64,000 bases of DNA from an uncultured Dehalococcoidia bacterium (GCA_964439905.1 CAYTPK010000007.1:1294-65293); one strand, 5' to 3'; shown: positions 12,230-23,007, counted from the stretch's first letter. A program made the numbers and translations. The notes: generated by a model from the sequence alone, not told the origin.

Positions 12230-13294
12230 CTATTTTTTTGCCTTACTAAGCTGTTTTGCTCCGTCTTTAGTCAAAATCACTAAATCTTCTATTCTCACTC
12301 CTCCCCATCCTGATATATATATGCCAGGCTCTACACTAAATATCATATTTTCGCTGAGAATATCTTGAGAATTGGGGCTAAGGCGGGGTAATTCGTGCAC
12401 ATCCAAACCAATTCCATGACCAAGACTGTGCCCGAAATTATCCCCGTATCCAGCTTCATTTAAGACTGTGCGGGCCAGGCTGTCGCCCGTCTGACCCGTC
12501 ATGCCGGGTTGTATGGTCTCTATCGCGGTTAGCTGTGCCGTAAGAACGAGGTCGTAGATCTTCTTATATTCGTCGTCCGGGTCTCCCACGAATATTGTCC
12601 TTGTAATATCACTGCAGTATCCATTGCGTAATGCTCCCATGTCGATGACCACGGGATCACCTAACTGTATCACATCATCGCTTGCTCGGTGGTGTGGCAT
12701 GGCACTATTTGGCCCTCTTGCCACAATGGTGTCGAAGCTGTTTGAGTCAGCACCATACTCCCGCATGGCCTTTTCCATCCGCCATGCCACCTCCCGTTCC
12801 GTCAGCCCAGCATGAATTGTGGGACATACAGAATCCATTGCTCTATCTGATATATCTATTGAACCTTGAAGCTCGGAGATCTCCTCGCTTGCCTTTATTG
12901 TCCTTAATGTTTCTACAATGTTAACTGTTGGTACGAGCATAGGACCCGGATCTGATTTAATTTCCAGGATAGATTCCCTAACTTTCTCAAATGATTGTAC
13001 GGAGAGATCTGAGCTTTCAAAGCCTATAATTTTAAGGTCTAATTTGCTTACAATACGTGGTAACCAATCCCAGCCGCTACTTTTGATAATATCAAATCCG
13101 CATGTCTGTTTTGAGGCTTGTTCCACGTATCTAAAATCAGTTGCCAAGAATGCCTCCGTTGGTGTAACCAAAAGAGTCCCGGCGGTTCCTACAAAACCAG
13201 AAACATATTGTCGATTCTGAGCGTTCGTGATCAATAGAGCGCTTAGGCCTTTGGTTTCCAGAATTCCTCTAATTCCTTCGATTTTGGATTTCAT
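12230..13294 (-). CDS. Xaa-Pro aminopeptidase (M24B)
   Basis: TDFRY, DMGA...GYCSDITRT, HSLGHGIGLDVHE, EPGIY, GVRIED; classic aroQ-pepP-efp synteny. Confidence 0.95.
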   Translation of the reverse strand: MKSKIEGIRGILETKGLSALLITNAQNRQYVSGFVGTAGTLLVTPTEAFLATDFRYVEQASKQTCGFDIIKSSGWDWLPRIVSKLDLKIIGFESSDLSVQSFEKVRESILEIKSDPGPMLVPTVNIVETLRTIKASEEISELQGSIDISDRAMDSVCPTIHAGLTEREVAWRMEKAMREYGADSNSFDTIVARGPNSAMPHHRASDDVIQLGDPVVIDMGALRNGYCSDITRTIFVGDPDDEYKKIYDLVLTAQLTAIETIQPGMTGQTGDSLARTVLNEAGYGDNFGHSLGHGIGLDVHELPRLSPNSQDILSENMIFSVEPGIYISGWGGVRIEDLVILTKDGAKQLSKAKK

Positions 13295-13738
13295 TTAGAT
13301 TTCTCCTGATAGGCTGGCTGATAGATATTCTATTGCCGCGATGTACCCGATCCAGCGAAGGCCGCAAATGGATCCATTGCATACGGTGGAAAATATAGAA
13401 CCTTGGCGCCAAATCTCTCTTCTATTTGGGTTACTTAGATGAACCTCTACTATTGGCAATTTGGAATCTATACAGGCGTCTAATAGAGGGAACCCTATTC
13501 TGGTTAAACCTGCTGGATTAATGATAATTCCGTTCGCGTCTGGTCCATTTTGTTGCACGAAATCTACGAGCCTGGCCTCATCATTGGATTGTACAAATAA
13601 CAGATCGATACCTAACTCCTTACCTTTGGAGATCATTTTATCTTCTAGCTGTTGCAATGTGATCGATCCATATTGTTCAGTGTCTCTAGTACCTAGCATG
13701 TTGAGATTTGGTCCGTTAACTACAAGAAATGTTGTCAT
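13295..13738 (-). CDS. aroQ: Type II 3-dehydroquinate dehydratase
   Basis: NGPNLNMLGTR...YG, QSNDE, IINPA, VEVHLSN. Confidence 0.92.
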   Translation of the reverse strand: MTTFLVVNGPNLNMLGTRDTEQYGSITLQQLEDKMISKGKELGIDLLFVQSNDEARLVDFVQQNGPDANGIIINPAGLTRIGFPLLDACIDSKLPIVEVHLSNPNRREIWRQGSIFSTVCNGSICGLRWIGYIAAIEYLSASLSGEI

Positions 13739-13758
13739 CGCTCTTTAGTAAACCTCGC

Positions 13759-14679
13759 TTAATTCTTTGCCCTGGGATGTGAATTCATATAAATAGTCTT
13801 TGCCTGATTTTGAGTGACATGAGTATAAATTTGAGTTGTTGCAGGGCTACTATGGCCCAGTAGCTGTTGTACTATACGCAAGTCAGCTCCTCCCTCCAGC
13901 ATATGCGTAGCGAAGGTGTGGCGCAAGGTGTGTGTGTGAACTCCGGGCCGTATAGAGGCTTTTTTAGAATAGTGCCGGACAATCTTTTCAAAACTACGCC
14001 GGGATAGTCGGCTCCCATAACGGTTTAGAAATAAAGCGGGTTGGAAGGATTGTTCAAGTTCTGGCCTTCCGTGCAAAATATAGCTATTAAGTGCCTGTGT
14101 TGCAGTTTCACCTATTAGAACAACTCTTTCTTTAGAACCCTTGCCATAAACTCTTAGTTCTTTAGACTTAATGTTAACTTGGTTTACATTTAAGCTAGCA
14201 AGTTCTGCCAGACGTATGCCGGAAGAATATAGTAGTTCGAGCGCAGCAGAATCCCGAAGGCCAAGGACTGTACTTGTGTCAGGAGAATTTAATAGGCGAG
14301 CGACCTCTTCGTATCCCATGAATATCGGTAGATGTTTGGCTGTTTTGATACTAAATCTCCGTCCGTGTGAAACGGGATTATCCGATACCACACCCCTATA
14401 GACCAGGAATTTATAAAAAGATCTCAGGGCAATGAATTTCCTCGAGACGCTGACTCTTGCGTACCCCGTTTTTTTTTGCCCTGCTGTTGTTGATAGCCAA
14501 GAAAGGTAGAGTCGCAATTCTGAGCGCCCAATATCTCTCAAGGTCAAATTTTCATTAGATAGAAATTGGACGAATGACCTCAAGTCATCCATATAAACTC
14601 GAAAGGTGTTTTTAGCTCGCCCTTTAGTGCCGATTAAGTAGTCCCCGTATTCAGTTAAGAGTCGTAAGACCTCTTCCAT
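13759..14679 (-). CDS. xerC: Tyrosine recombinase XerC/XerD
   Basis: RD.A.LELLYSSGIR, GKGSKER, HTLRHTFATH, LLGHSS..TTQIYTHV; directly downstream of topA. Confidence 0.85.
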   Translation of the reverse strand: MEEVLRLLTEYGDYLIGTKGRAKNTFRVYMDDLRSFVQFLSNENLTLRDIGRSELRLYLSWLSTTAGQKKTGYARVSVSRKFIALRSFYKFLVYRGVVSDNPVSHGRRFSIKTAKHLPIFMGYEEVARLLNSPDTSTVLGLRDSAALELLYSSGIRLAELASLNVNQVNIKSKELRVYGKGSKERVVLIGETATQALNSYILHGRPELEQSFQPALFLNRYGSRLSRRSFEKIVRHYSKKASIRPGVHTHTLRHTFATHMLEGGADLRIVQQLLGHSSPATTQIYTHVTQNQAKTIYMNSHPRAKN

Positions 14680-14687
14680 TTTTAGAC

Positions 14688-16853
14688 CTATATTGATGAT
14701 ACTAGTTCAGCTGTAGGATCTCCCTGCCAGGCGCATTTCGAACATGCTATCTTGCTACGGCCTTTTGATACCATCAGCCCGCTGCATTCAGGGCAAGGCT
14801 CGGAGATTGGCTTATTTACGATAGAAAAATCACAATTAGGATAAGATGAACAACCATAAAACAGACGCCGCTTAGTCCGTGATCGTCGTTCAACCAGTTC
14901 ATTAGAACATAAAGGACATTCTACGCCTGTACCCTTTACTATAGCTTTAGTATGACGGCATTCTGGGAAAGCTGTACACGCCATGAATCTGCCAAAACGG
15001 CCTGATTTAATAACCATGGGGCTTTCACAGAGTTCACAAAGTTCATCAGTTGGTTCCTCGATTTTTACCCTTGGCATGTTTTCGTGTGCGTGATCTATGT
15101 GTTTTTTGAATGGGAAATAGAATCCCTCGAGCACGGGTTCCATTTTCCGCTTGCCATTGGCTATAAAGTCTAGTTCGTCCTCCATTTTTGCGGTGAACGC
15201 TATATCCATAACAGTTGGAAAAAACTTAGTTAGTAGGTTAGCTACCTCTATGCCTAACAATGTTGGGCTTAGTTTACCGTCATTTTTGATTACATAACTG
15301 CGATCCATAAGTGTGGAGAGAATCGGAGCGTAGGTGCTGGGACGTCCTATACCTTCTTCTTCCAAAATTTTTATTAAGCTACCTTCCGTGAATCGGGGAG
15401 GAGGTTGAGTAAAGTTCTGGTCCCGTTTGAGATTAACAAAATTGAGTTTTTGATTAGGGTTTACGGCCGGAAGTTTTCTGTTTTCATCATTTTCCTGATC
15501 ATCGCTTGCGTCAGAATAGACTGATAGAAATCCCGAGAATTTAGTTTGAGATCCGCGGGTTTGAAAGATATATGTATTCTCGCTTTGGGATGAGGAGGCC
15601 TCTATATCAATGATAGTCCTTAAATAAATACTGTTGCTCATTTGACATGCGATCATACGCTTCCATATCAGGCCATAGAGTCGGAGTTGATCACGATTTA
15701 AATAGCTTTCTATAGATGTGGGCGTACGTAAAATTGAGGTTGGTCGGATAGCTTCGTGAGCCTCTTGTGCCCCTTTGCTTTTGGTTTTGTATGTCCGTGG
15801 ACGATCTGGGAGGTAATTCTTCCCGTATTCTGTCGAAATTAACGATCTTACTTCATCAATAGCATAAGTCGAAAGGCTAACAGAATCAGTTCGCATGTAT
15901 GTGATAAGTCCAACGGTCTCCTTGGATCCTATGTCCATGCCTTCGTATAGTTGTTGAGCAATCATCATGGTCTTCTTTGCCGAAAACCGAAGCCTTCTAG
16001 CTGCTTCCTGTTGCAAAGTACTTGTTGTAAACGGAGGAGAAGGGGATCGGCTTTTTTCGTCAGTTTTCACTTTAGCCACGGTGTATATAGCTCCCTTCAA
16101 TTCTCCATCGATGCTAGTGGCTTGGGCTTCATTGGAAATAACCAATTTTTTCTTGTTGCCCTTAATGGAGTGTAGAGAAGCTTCGAAAGATTTTGAATCC
16201 TTTTGTAGAGTGGCTGTAAATGACCAATATTCAGTTGGGACGAATGTTTCTATCTCCTGTTCTCGGTCAACCAGGATGCGAAGAGCTACTGACTGTACTC
16301 TTCCCGCTGACAATCCCCGTTGAACTTTTCTCCAGAGTAAAGGACTCAGTTCGTACCCAACCAAGCGATCAAGGATTCGGCGGGTTTGTTGGGCATCTAC
16401 CAAATCAAGATCAAGATTTCTAGAATGTTTCATTGCTTCTTTTATGGCGGGTTCGGTGATTTCGTGAAATACAACTCGTCGAATATTTTTCTTTTGCTTG
16501 TCCCAGCCAGTAGCATTAACGACGTGCCAAGAAATCGCCTCGCCTTCCCGATCGGGGTCGGTCGCTAAATATATTGAAGAAGCGTTTTTTCCGAGATCCT
16601 TTAGCTCTTTTATAATCGCTGCTTTTCCTTTCATAACTGAGTAGGAAGGAGAAAAGGATTTTTCTACGTTGATTCCCAATTTTCCCTTGGGAAGATCTCG
16701 GACATGTCCCATAGACGCAGCAATTCTGTAGTTCTTTCCCAACAGTTTCCCAATCGTTTTTGCTTTTGCTGGCGATTCGACGATTACTAGGTGATTACCC
16801 CCTAATGGGCTCGAGGATTTGGGATTCTTTTTCGATTTAGTCTTGAGTGGCAT
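14688..16853 (-). CDS. topA: DNA topoisomerase I with C-terminal zinc ribbons
   Basis: LVIVESPAKAKTI, ATDPDREGEAI, SAGRVQS, ITYMRTDS, EAHEAIRPT, GIGRPSTYA; three C4 ribbons at C-terminus. Confidence 0.98.
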   Translation of the reverse strand: MPLKTKSKKNPKSSSPLGGNHLVIVESPAKAKTIGKLLGKNYRIAASMGHVRDLPKGKLGINVEKSFSPSYSVMKGKAAIIKELKDLGKNASSIYLATDPDREGEAISWHVVNATGWDKQKKNIRRVVFHEITEPAIKEAMKHSRNLDLDLVDAQQTRRILDRLVGYELSPLLWRKVQRGLSAGRVQSVALRILVDREQEIETFVPTEYWSFTATLQKDSKSFEASLHSIKGNKKKLVISNEAQATSIDGELKGAIYTVAKVKTDEKSRSPSPPFTTSTLQQEAARRLRFSAKKTMMIAQQLYEGMDIGSKETVGLITYMRTDSVSLSTYAIDEVRSLISTEYGKNYLPDRPRTYKTKSKGAQEAHEAIRPTSILRTPTSIESYLNRDQLRLYGLIWKRMIACQMSNSIYLRTIIDIEASSSQSENTYIFQTRGSQTKFSGFLSVYSDASDDQENDENRKLPAVNPNQKLNFVNLKRDQNFTQPPPRFTEGSLIKILEEEGIGRPSTYAPILSTLMDRSYVIKNDGKLSPTLLGIEVANLLTKFFPTVMDIAFTAKMEDELDFIANGKRKMEPVLEGFYFPFKKHIDHAHENMPRVKIEEPTDELCELCESPMVIKSGRFGRFMACTAFPECRHTKAIVKGTGVECPLCSNELVERRSRTKRRLFYGCSSYPNCDFSIVNKPISEPCPECSGLMVSKGRSKIACSKCAWQGDPTAELVSSI

Positions 16854-17001
16854 TCCTTGTTAGTCCTTTACAGTACCCTTGGATAGTGTATACCAATATT
16901 TCTGAGTGTGTTTAGATGTATGATGATAAAATTCTTCATGTCGTTTGTAGCTATAAGATTGTGACCATTTTAGGCAGGCACTTACCAGTGATTCTGTGTA
17001 C

Positions 17002-17093
17002 TGGCGGAGAGGGCGGGATTCGAACCCGCGAGACCAGTTCCCCAGCCTACACACTTTCCAGGCGTGCCCATTCGTCCACTCTGGCACCTCTCC
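17002..17093 (-). tRNA. tRNA-Ser (anticodon GGA)
   Basis: Reverse complement GGAGAGG...CCTCTCC-G-CCA acceptor, anticodon loop CT-GGA-AA, long variable arm, T arm GCGGG-TTCGAAT-CCCGC. Confidence 0.97.
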
Positions 17094-17252
17094 AACTGTA
17101 AGATTGTGTCGAGTAGAGTATGGAGTGTTTTCGTAATACATGTCAACGGAGATATTGGAGAGTTATTCACAGAATCGGATCCTTTGCATTAATAATTTCC
17201 CGATAGCTATTCTGCGATCATAATTATTATAATCAAATGGTTCGACTTAGTT

Positions 17253-17720
17253 TTACCCGTTTATGGTTCTATCCAGAAAATTCATTAATAAAGATCTATA
17301 TCCGTGTATTGATGCTAATGTGCTTTCCAAATTTAATCCATCCGCAGGTTTAAGGGTTTTCAGGTGACCCGATAGTAAGTGTGTTCCGGTATAGACATGA
17401 AATGCCAGTCCGTTAGTAACAATGACTTGCTTTGCTTGGTCAATTCCTGGTCCTACGAAATGATCTGCTAGATCTTGTGTTAATTCATTCCATGGGCTAT
17501 GCAAAGAGTAGTCGAATATGAAAATGAGACCTGAGCACTTTATATATGTGTCATGGATTTGGGCAGTTTGAAAGATGGAATCCATCGAAGATATGTCTAG
17601 GATATGAAGTAATTCATTGAACAATCCCCACCATTGCGAAAGATTTAATGGAGTTCTGCATGCCTCAATGTATGCGTCTATATCATTGGGGGTTTGCTTA
17701 ATAAATCCATCGTCCATCAT
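17253..17720 (-). CDS. Hypothetical protein (weak resemblance to HsdR N-terminal-like domain)
   Basis: 155-aa ORF; only recognisable element is VIVTNGLAFHVY. Confidence 0.5.
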   Translation of the reverse strand: MMDDGFIKQTPNDIDAYIEACRTPLNLSQWWGLFNELLHILDISSMDSIFQTAQIHDTYIKCSGLIFIFDYSLHSPWNELTQDLADHFVGPGIDQAKQVIVTNGLAFHVYTGTHLLSGHLKTLKPADGLNLESTLASIHGYRSLLMNFLDRTING

Positions 17721-18093
17721 TTCAGGAGGAAGTATAGTACAGTTGTGATCAACGCAAATATGGCTAGAAAGGATGATAATAGAATCATAGTCTGTATGAA
17801 CCCTACAACCTTTAAAGGAACTGCTAGAACTTTTAAAGGAACGTTAACTAGAAAAACGAGACTTTTGATTATAAATGACAAGTGGGTTCACTCTTCCTAG
17901 GGTTAAAACTTTGTCACAGTGGGATGATCCTATGACTTTAATGACCTAGGGGAGAATATACAATGGGGAGTCTAATATCAACAATTGTGGTATCACCAAT
18001 ATAGTAATTCAGGTTCTACCATCATTTCGTTCTTGTCTGATCGAAATTCTCCGCGATAAATCATTAAATCCTAGAGCCACAGCGAATGTGGCT

Positions 18094-20424
18094 CTAGGAT
18101 TTAGTTTTATCCGAAATAAAAGGCCACCAATTCCACCGACCCAAAAGCATTACGAAAGATGGGACCATGAAGCCTCTTATAAAGAAGGTATCAATTAGTA
18201 CACCTAAAGCAACAACAAATCCGAGTTGGAATATGTCTCTTAGTGGTAAAATTGTTAACGCAGTAAAGGTTCCAGCAAGAATTATTCCTGCAGAAGTGAT
18301 AACTCCTCCCGTACTGGTTATCGCTTTCCTGGTTCCATCTCTTATACCGTGGGTTTCTGCTTCCTCCTTGACCCTGGAAATGATGTAGATATTGTAGTCG
18401 ACTCCCAGAGCTACTAAGAAAACAAACATAAATATAGGTACGCCACTCCCGACACCGGAATGCCCTAGTATATTTTGGAAAAAGATTACGGAGATTCCTA
18501 GGCTGCCGAAGAAACTCAAGACTACACTTGCAAGTAGGTACAACGGAGCTACAATCGCCTTTAGAAGTATAACTAGGACCAAAAATATGATTAACAGTAC
18601 GATCGGAGCAACCGTTTTAATGTCCCTATTGTTAGCAGATTTAGTATCATATTGAATAGCTGTGTCCCCTCCTACTACTATCTCTCCTATGGGGTATGAA
18701 TTGAATTGTCCTAGAGCCTGCCTTATAGACTTTATCTTTTCTAAGCTTTCTAAAGACCCAGGATCATCTTCGAGGACTACATCTAAACGTACGACGGTTC
18801 CGGAACTTGACGTTAGTCTGGTACTTGCTAAATAAGATTCCATCAAATAGGTTTCATTTGACGACTGGCTGGGAGCCGAAGTTCGGTAAATGTCTTCAGT
18901 CACTTCCTTAGTAGACGCTTTATTGCTTAGGGAAATATGACGTAAATGATCCGAATATTCCTCAAGATTTATTCCTAACGGGTTCCCAAATGGTCTCGAG
19001 GGGCTGGTAACCGTGCTAATCCCAGCTATAGATGAAATGGTTGCACTTATTGACTCGACGATATCCATGTGATCTATGGCATTTTCCTTAAGAACTACGA
19101 ATACATTGGTGGGAGATATTGATCCTGATGGAAATGATTCTTGAATAGTTATATAACCCCGAACGGATTCTGTGGTGTCAGGTAAACTGTCGAGGAGATT
19201 GAATGATGGTCTCATAGTTAAAGCTCCAGTAGACATTAACAATAGTGCGACCACCGAAGTTAACACTATAAATAAGGGCTTTCTGTGAACTAAGTTAGCT
19301 ACTTTGTTCCAGAACCCTGGCTTAGTTTTACCCGATGAATGCAGTCCAATGCCTCTGGGCCAAAAGGCTAATTTGCCTAGTAAGCTTAGGATCGCTGGGA
19401 TGAATGTAAGGCCGGATATTATAGCGAAAGCCATTCCCAACGCTAGTATAGGGCCCAACACCTGGAATGACCTTAAGGTAGCAAGGCCAAGTGCCAACAT
19501 TGCGAGAATTGTTGTTATAGCAGATGAAAGAATTGCGGGACTTATCTTGGTCATAGTTTCTGAGATGCTATCGTTGACATTCATCCCCAAATTAAGTTGT
19601 TCCTTAAATCTTGAGGAAATGAACAGCATGTAATCTGTACCAGCTCCAAATATCAATACAACCATGATCGATGTAGCTTGGGCAGTAACAACCATGCCGG
19701 TACGTTCGGCTAGTATAGCCACAATTCCACTTACAAGAAGGTAAGATAAGCCGGCGGAAACCAGTGGGAGAATTGCTAACAGAGGAGCTCTGTATATAAT
19801 CAGGAGAATCGTCAACACTAATAGAACTGTAGCAATGGTGATGCGCAGGTCTATTGACTGGAACACTGATACGGCATCCTCAAGTGTGCCAGCTGGCCCT
19901 GTGAGCCATACGTCTATCCCGTCGGTTCTGGATGCCACTAAACGGCTTCTGATTTCCCGTACGGCTTCTTGTACCTGTTCTACGTCCACTTCCGAAACAG
20001 ATTCTTGGCCAGCTGTAATCGAAAAATAGGTCATAAGTGTGGATTGATCTAGGGACGTCAAAGAATCTCGTGCTCCTGGATTATTAAAAATGGAATTAAC
20101 GTTACCGAGTACTTGGTTTTCTATTAGTGATTCGAGCCATCGAAAGTCTTTATGGATTGCCTTGAGATCTTGGTCAGTCAGGCCTCCTTGCCGCTTGTAC
20201 ACGAGAATTCCTGGGATGCCGTTAGCTGGGAAATGTTCCTCGGATATTTTAATAGCCTCTGTGGATTCTGCTCCAACTGGAAGGAAGTCTTGTTGGCGGC
20301 TAGTTGATACGTCGGTCAATGATGGGGCAAACACGAATAGTGATATTGGCACCAGAATCCAGGCCAGGAGGCATAATGCTCTGCCCTTTTTGGAGGTTAC
20401 CAGATTAGATATCGTTTTCCACAT
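18094..20424 (-). CDS. MMPL family (RND superfamily) transporter
   Basis: Two repeats with GAGTDYMLFISSRFKE and ALGVDYNIYIISRVKEE, GGVITSAG, LLGRWNWWP; about 12 TM segments. Confidence 0.95.
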   Translation of the reverse strand: MWKTISNLVTSKKGRALCLLAWILVPISLFVFAPSLTDVSTSRQQDFLPVGAESTEAIKISEEHFPANGIPGILVYKRQGGLTDQDLKAIHKDFRWLESLIENQVLGNVNSIFNNPGARDSLTSLDQSTLMTYFSITAGQESVSEVDVEQVQEAVREIRSRLVASRTDGIDVWLTGPAGTLEDAVSVFQSIDLRITIATVLLVLTILLIIYRAPLLAILPLVSAGLSYLLVSGIVAILAERTGMVVTAQATSIMVVLIFGAGTDYMLFISSRFKEQLNLGMNVNDSISETMTKISPAILSSAITTILAMLALGLATLRSFQVLGPILALGMAFAIISGLTFIPAILSLLGKLAFWPRGIGLHSSGKTKPGFWNKVANLVHRKPLFIVLTSVVALLLMSTGALTMRPSFNLLDSLPDTTESVRGYITIQESFPSGSISPTNVFVVLKENAIDHMDIVESISATISSIAGISTVTSPSRPFGNPLGINLEEYSDHLRHISLSNKASTKEVTEDIYRTSAPSQSSNETYLMESYLASTRLTSSSGTVVRLDVVLEDDPGSLESLEKIKSIRQALGQFNSYPIGEIVVGGDTAIQYDTKSANNRDIKTVAPIVLLIIFLVLVILLKAIVAPLYLLASVVLSFFGSLGISVIFFQNILGHSGVGSGVPIFMFVFLVALGVDYNIYIISRVKEEAETHGIRDGTRKAITSTGGVITSAGIILAGTFTALTILPLRDIFQLGFVVALGVLIDTFFIRGFMVPSFVMLLGRWNWWPFISDKTKS

Positions 20425-20540
20425 GGAGGTTAGTAATACCGTTCGAGTTCTATAAAGTAAATTAACATAACTGTAAGGAATCTAAATTGTTTACCAAGAT
20501 AGACTAACGATTATCAATGAGTAGTTTTACGATAGGATTT

Positions 20541-21020
20541 TTATTTAATAAACGCGAAATCCGCGCATCGCTTACATGTGGATTCAGGAATCAGCCGACA
20601 TTTTATGAGATAGCCAAAAAGAACGCAACCCGCACAAAACGCAAAGAAACATTCTAACGCTGCGAATGTGCCAATAGTAGCAAGTACTACTTTAGCCGGG
20701 AAAGCCGCATCCAATAGGTAAATTAATACCAGAAATATTGTGGACAGTACGAGCCCTATTGATTGAGCGAATCTTTTAGGAGGTCCTGCAACTAACTTTT
20801 GAGCATTGCCGAATTTTGGAACCAAAATCCGTGTGGCAATTAATCCCATTGGGCTCAGTTTTGGGCCAGTCAAAACCCGGGCTAAGAAACCGTATGCTAG
20901 TACGAAGCCTAACCAGTATAGGTCTGTCAGAATAATGGTTGTTGATAATATCATCACCATACCTGCAACCCAGCGGGCTGCTACCTCATTTACCGGATGA
21001 GGAAAAGAAAATAAGCCCAT
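20541..21020 (-). CDS. DUF4395-like membrane protein
   Basis: FSFPHPVNE.AAR, GPPKRFAQ.IG, LE...AFCAGC and C-terminal CxxC; start at ATG 21020 after GAGG. Confidence 0.8.
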   Translation of the reverse strand: MGLFSFPHPVNEVAARWVAGMVMILSTTIILTDLYWLGFVLAYGFLARVLTGPKLSPMGLIATRILVPKFGNAQKLVAGPPKRFAQSIGLVLSTIFLVLIYLLDAAFPAKVVLATIGTFAALECFFAFCAGCVLFGYLIKCRLIPESTCKRCADFAFIK

Positions 21021-21269
21021 AATTCCTCGTCCAATGATCGTGTGTCTTGGAGGATTTAGGTTTGTTTTCATGTAGGGTATTGTCCAAGTAAGCGTTTATC
21101 TTTAAATTCTTCGACCGAATAAATCACAACAATATATTCGATTAATTAATTGCTCTATGAAGAATTTCTTGACAAATTATCTCATATTAAAAATTTTCAG
21201 TTTATTGGATAGAAATGCTTTGTTATCTCAAGTCTTGGTTGATTATACATCCTTATAGTTCTGCCTTGG

Positions 21270-22184
21270 TTATTTAGAATCGAAACGCTGTTCAAGATAG
21301 CTTATTATTTCTGAAGAATATTGGTCTGGATATGTTAGAAATGAATCCATGTGTAATACTCCCGGAACCACCCAGAGCTTGCTGCCCGGGTGAGCTGATT
21401 GGTGAACTTGTATACTATGTTGTACCGGGATGCGTTCGTCGGATTCACCGTGAATTACCAAGATTGGGTAATCTATTTTCTCAACCGCATTCCTTGGGAC
21501 TAATTCGTTGATTTTGATCTTATAAATTAAGTCCGCAGCCAATTTTGTCCCGGGGACAAATATGGGGACGAGCCAATCAGGGAGTACTGTTTGTCTTGAT
21601 ACTTCTTGAGTAATAAGATCTGAGATATCGGAATAAGTGGAGTCAACCACTAGAGCGGTTAACGACGGCTCTTTGGATAAAGCGAGAATAGCTGTAGCTG
21701 CCCCCATAGAAAATCCTATGACCGCTATTTCGTTTTCTTGAACCCCTATTCCAGTTAAGAAATCGAAGGCTCCCATAAGGTCGTCTTGTTCAAAAAAGCC
21801 CCCTGAGGTAGTGCCATCGTCGGATGTGCCGTGGCCACGTAGGTCGAACAAGAGAGAATTATATCCTCTGGAGGAGAGCCGAGAGGCTAGATCGAGAGAT
21901 TCGTCACCTGCCCGGTTATTCCCTAATCCGTGGACAAAAATTATGGTGGGCTTTTCCTGATCAGCTTTTATATGCCAACCTCTTAAAGTTAGTATCCCAT
22001 TCCTGTCTTGAAATGTTATGTTCTCATATTCTAAATCGTATTCCTCTGGAATATGTTCCAGGGGAATACGATCCGCTTTGGTCACACTATTTGCCAAAAA
22101 AAGAGAAATGCTACCGTAAACAATGGTCAGCATGATAACCATTACGGTTACATATCGGTTGCGGATGTATTTCGTGTATTTCAA
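21270..22184 (-). CDS. Membrane-anchored alpha/beta hydrolase
   Basis: N-terminal TM, VHG, FDLRGHG, nucleophile elbow GFSMG, IHGESD and C-terminal His. Confidence 0.92.
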   Translation of the reverse strand: MKYTKYIRNRYVTVMVIMLTIVYGSISLFLANSVTKADRIPLEHIPEEYDLEYENITFQDRNGILTLRGWHIKADQEKPTIIFVHGLGNNRAGDESLDLASRLSSRGYNSLLFDLRGHGTSDDGTTSGGFFEQDDLMGAFDFLTGIGVQENEIAVIGFSMGAATAILALSKEPSLTALVVDSTYSDISDLITQEVSRQTVLPDWLVPIFVPGTKLAADLIYKIKINELVPRNAVEKIDYPILVIHGESDERIPVQHSIQVHQSAHPGSKLWVVPGVLHMDSFLTYPDQYSSEIISYLEQRFDSK

Positions 22185-22270
22185 TTACAGATCCTTAAGG
22201 AATACATTTTATATCATTAAGACTATTTTTGTTTAAACGGGATGAGATCATAGCTTCACGCGAAAATTAC

Positions 22271-22918
22271 CTATTTAGCTAACGACAAGATGTGTATCTT
22301 ATAATCATTCAGATTGTCTGTAGATTCCCATGGTCTGAAAGTAAGAGCTATATCTAATTCCACAGTATTAGAAACTTTGGCGGATTCTAAACTCTGAAAG
22401 AGGTGAGTCCATTGTGGGCATATTTTGTTAATCATTTCACGGCTAGCGTATTTCATTGCGAACCATAGGAAGCTGTGTTGAACGTATTGTCCGAACTCAT
22501 CTTTGGGTGGTGCTTCATCAAGTGGGGGGAAGTGATAACGGAGCCGTAATGCCCATTGAGCCTGTATAATCGTAAAGTTTTCCCTACATAGTTTGAATAG
22601 TAAAACATTTGAAATAGGGTCGTCCCATTCGAATTCAACGAGTCGCCCAGTTTCATCGTTATATGAACCGCCCCAGGGCTCTATCTGCCGATTTAAAGGG
22701 TGAGCAATGTTAATCGATAACCGATCTATGGCCTCTAGAATCATTCGGTTATGATTCAATAGTTTATAGAGTGTTCTGATCTTAACTGGGAATCCGGATT
22801 GTTGATTAACTTCTCTAAGAAGTTTGGCCCTGGTAGGCGCTATGGTTCCACCGACCTTATATTCTAGAAGTATATTCCTAATGGTGTCCGAAACTATCTG
22901 TGGGGTTTTGGCGGTCAA
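22271..22918 (-). CDS. Hypothetical protein, possible N-terminal DNA-binding helical domain
   Basis: 215-aa ORF, TTG start with AGGAG RBS and a strong upstream promoter; no family recognised. Confidence 0.6.
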   Translation of the reverse strand: MTAKTPQIVSDTIRNILLEYKVGGTIAPTRAKLLREVNQQSGFPVKIRTLYKLLNHNRMILEAIDRLSINIAHPLNRQIEPWGGSYNDETGRLVEFEWDDPISNVLLFKLCRENFTIIQAQWALRLRYHFPPLDEAPPKDEFGQYVQHSFLWFAMKYASREMINKICPQWTHLFQSLESAKVSNTVELDIALTFRPWESTDNLNDYKIHILSLAK

Positions 22919-22950
22919 TCTGGGCGTCTCTCCTAAGCTGCAAACACCTA

Positions 22951-23007
22951 TGGCATAAAAGCTTTTTGAAGATGGGCCGCTTTATGGCGGCCCATCTTTT
23001 TGTGCCA
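22951..23007. other. Long GC-rich stem-loop
   Basis: AAGATGGGCCGC-TTTATG-GCGGCCCATCTT perfect 12-bp stem, extended by TGGCATAAA/TTTGTGCCA beyond a bulge. Confidence 0.8.

Noticed and set aside
13759-14679. Tyrosine recombinase as the integrase of the tRNA-Ser block
   Set aside because: Xer-type size and motifs, embedded in the topA-aroQ-efp core operon and outside the tRNA-bounded region.
20460-20487. dif site
   Set aside because: A XerD-like arm (TTATGTTAATT on minus) is present but there is no matching XerC arm ending in ATAA.
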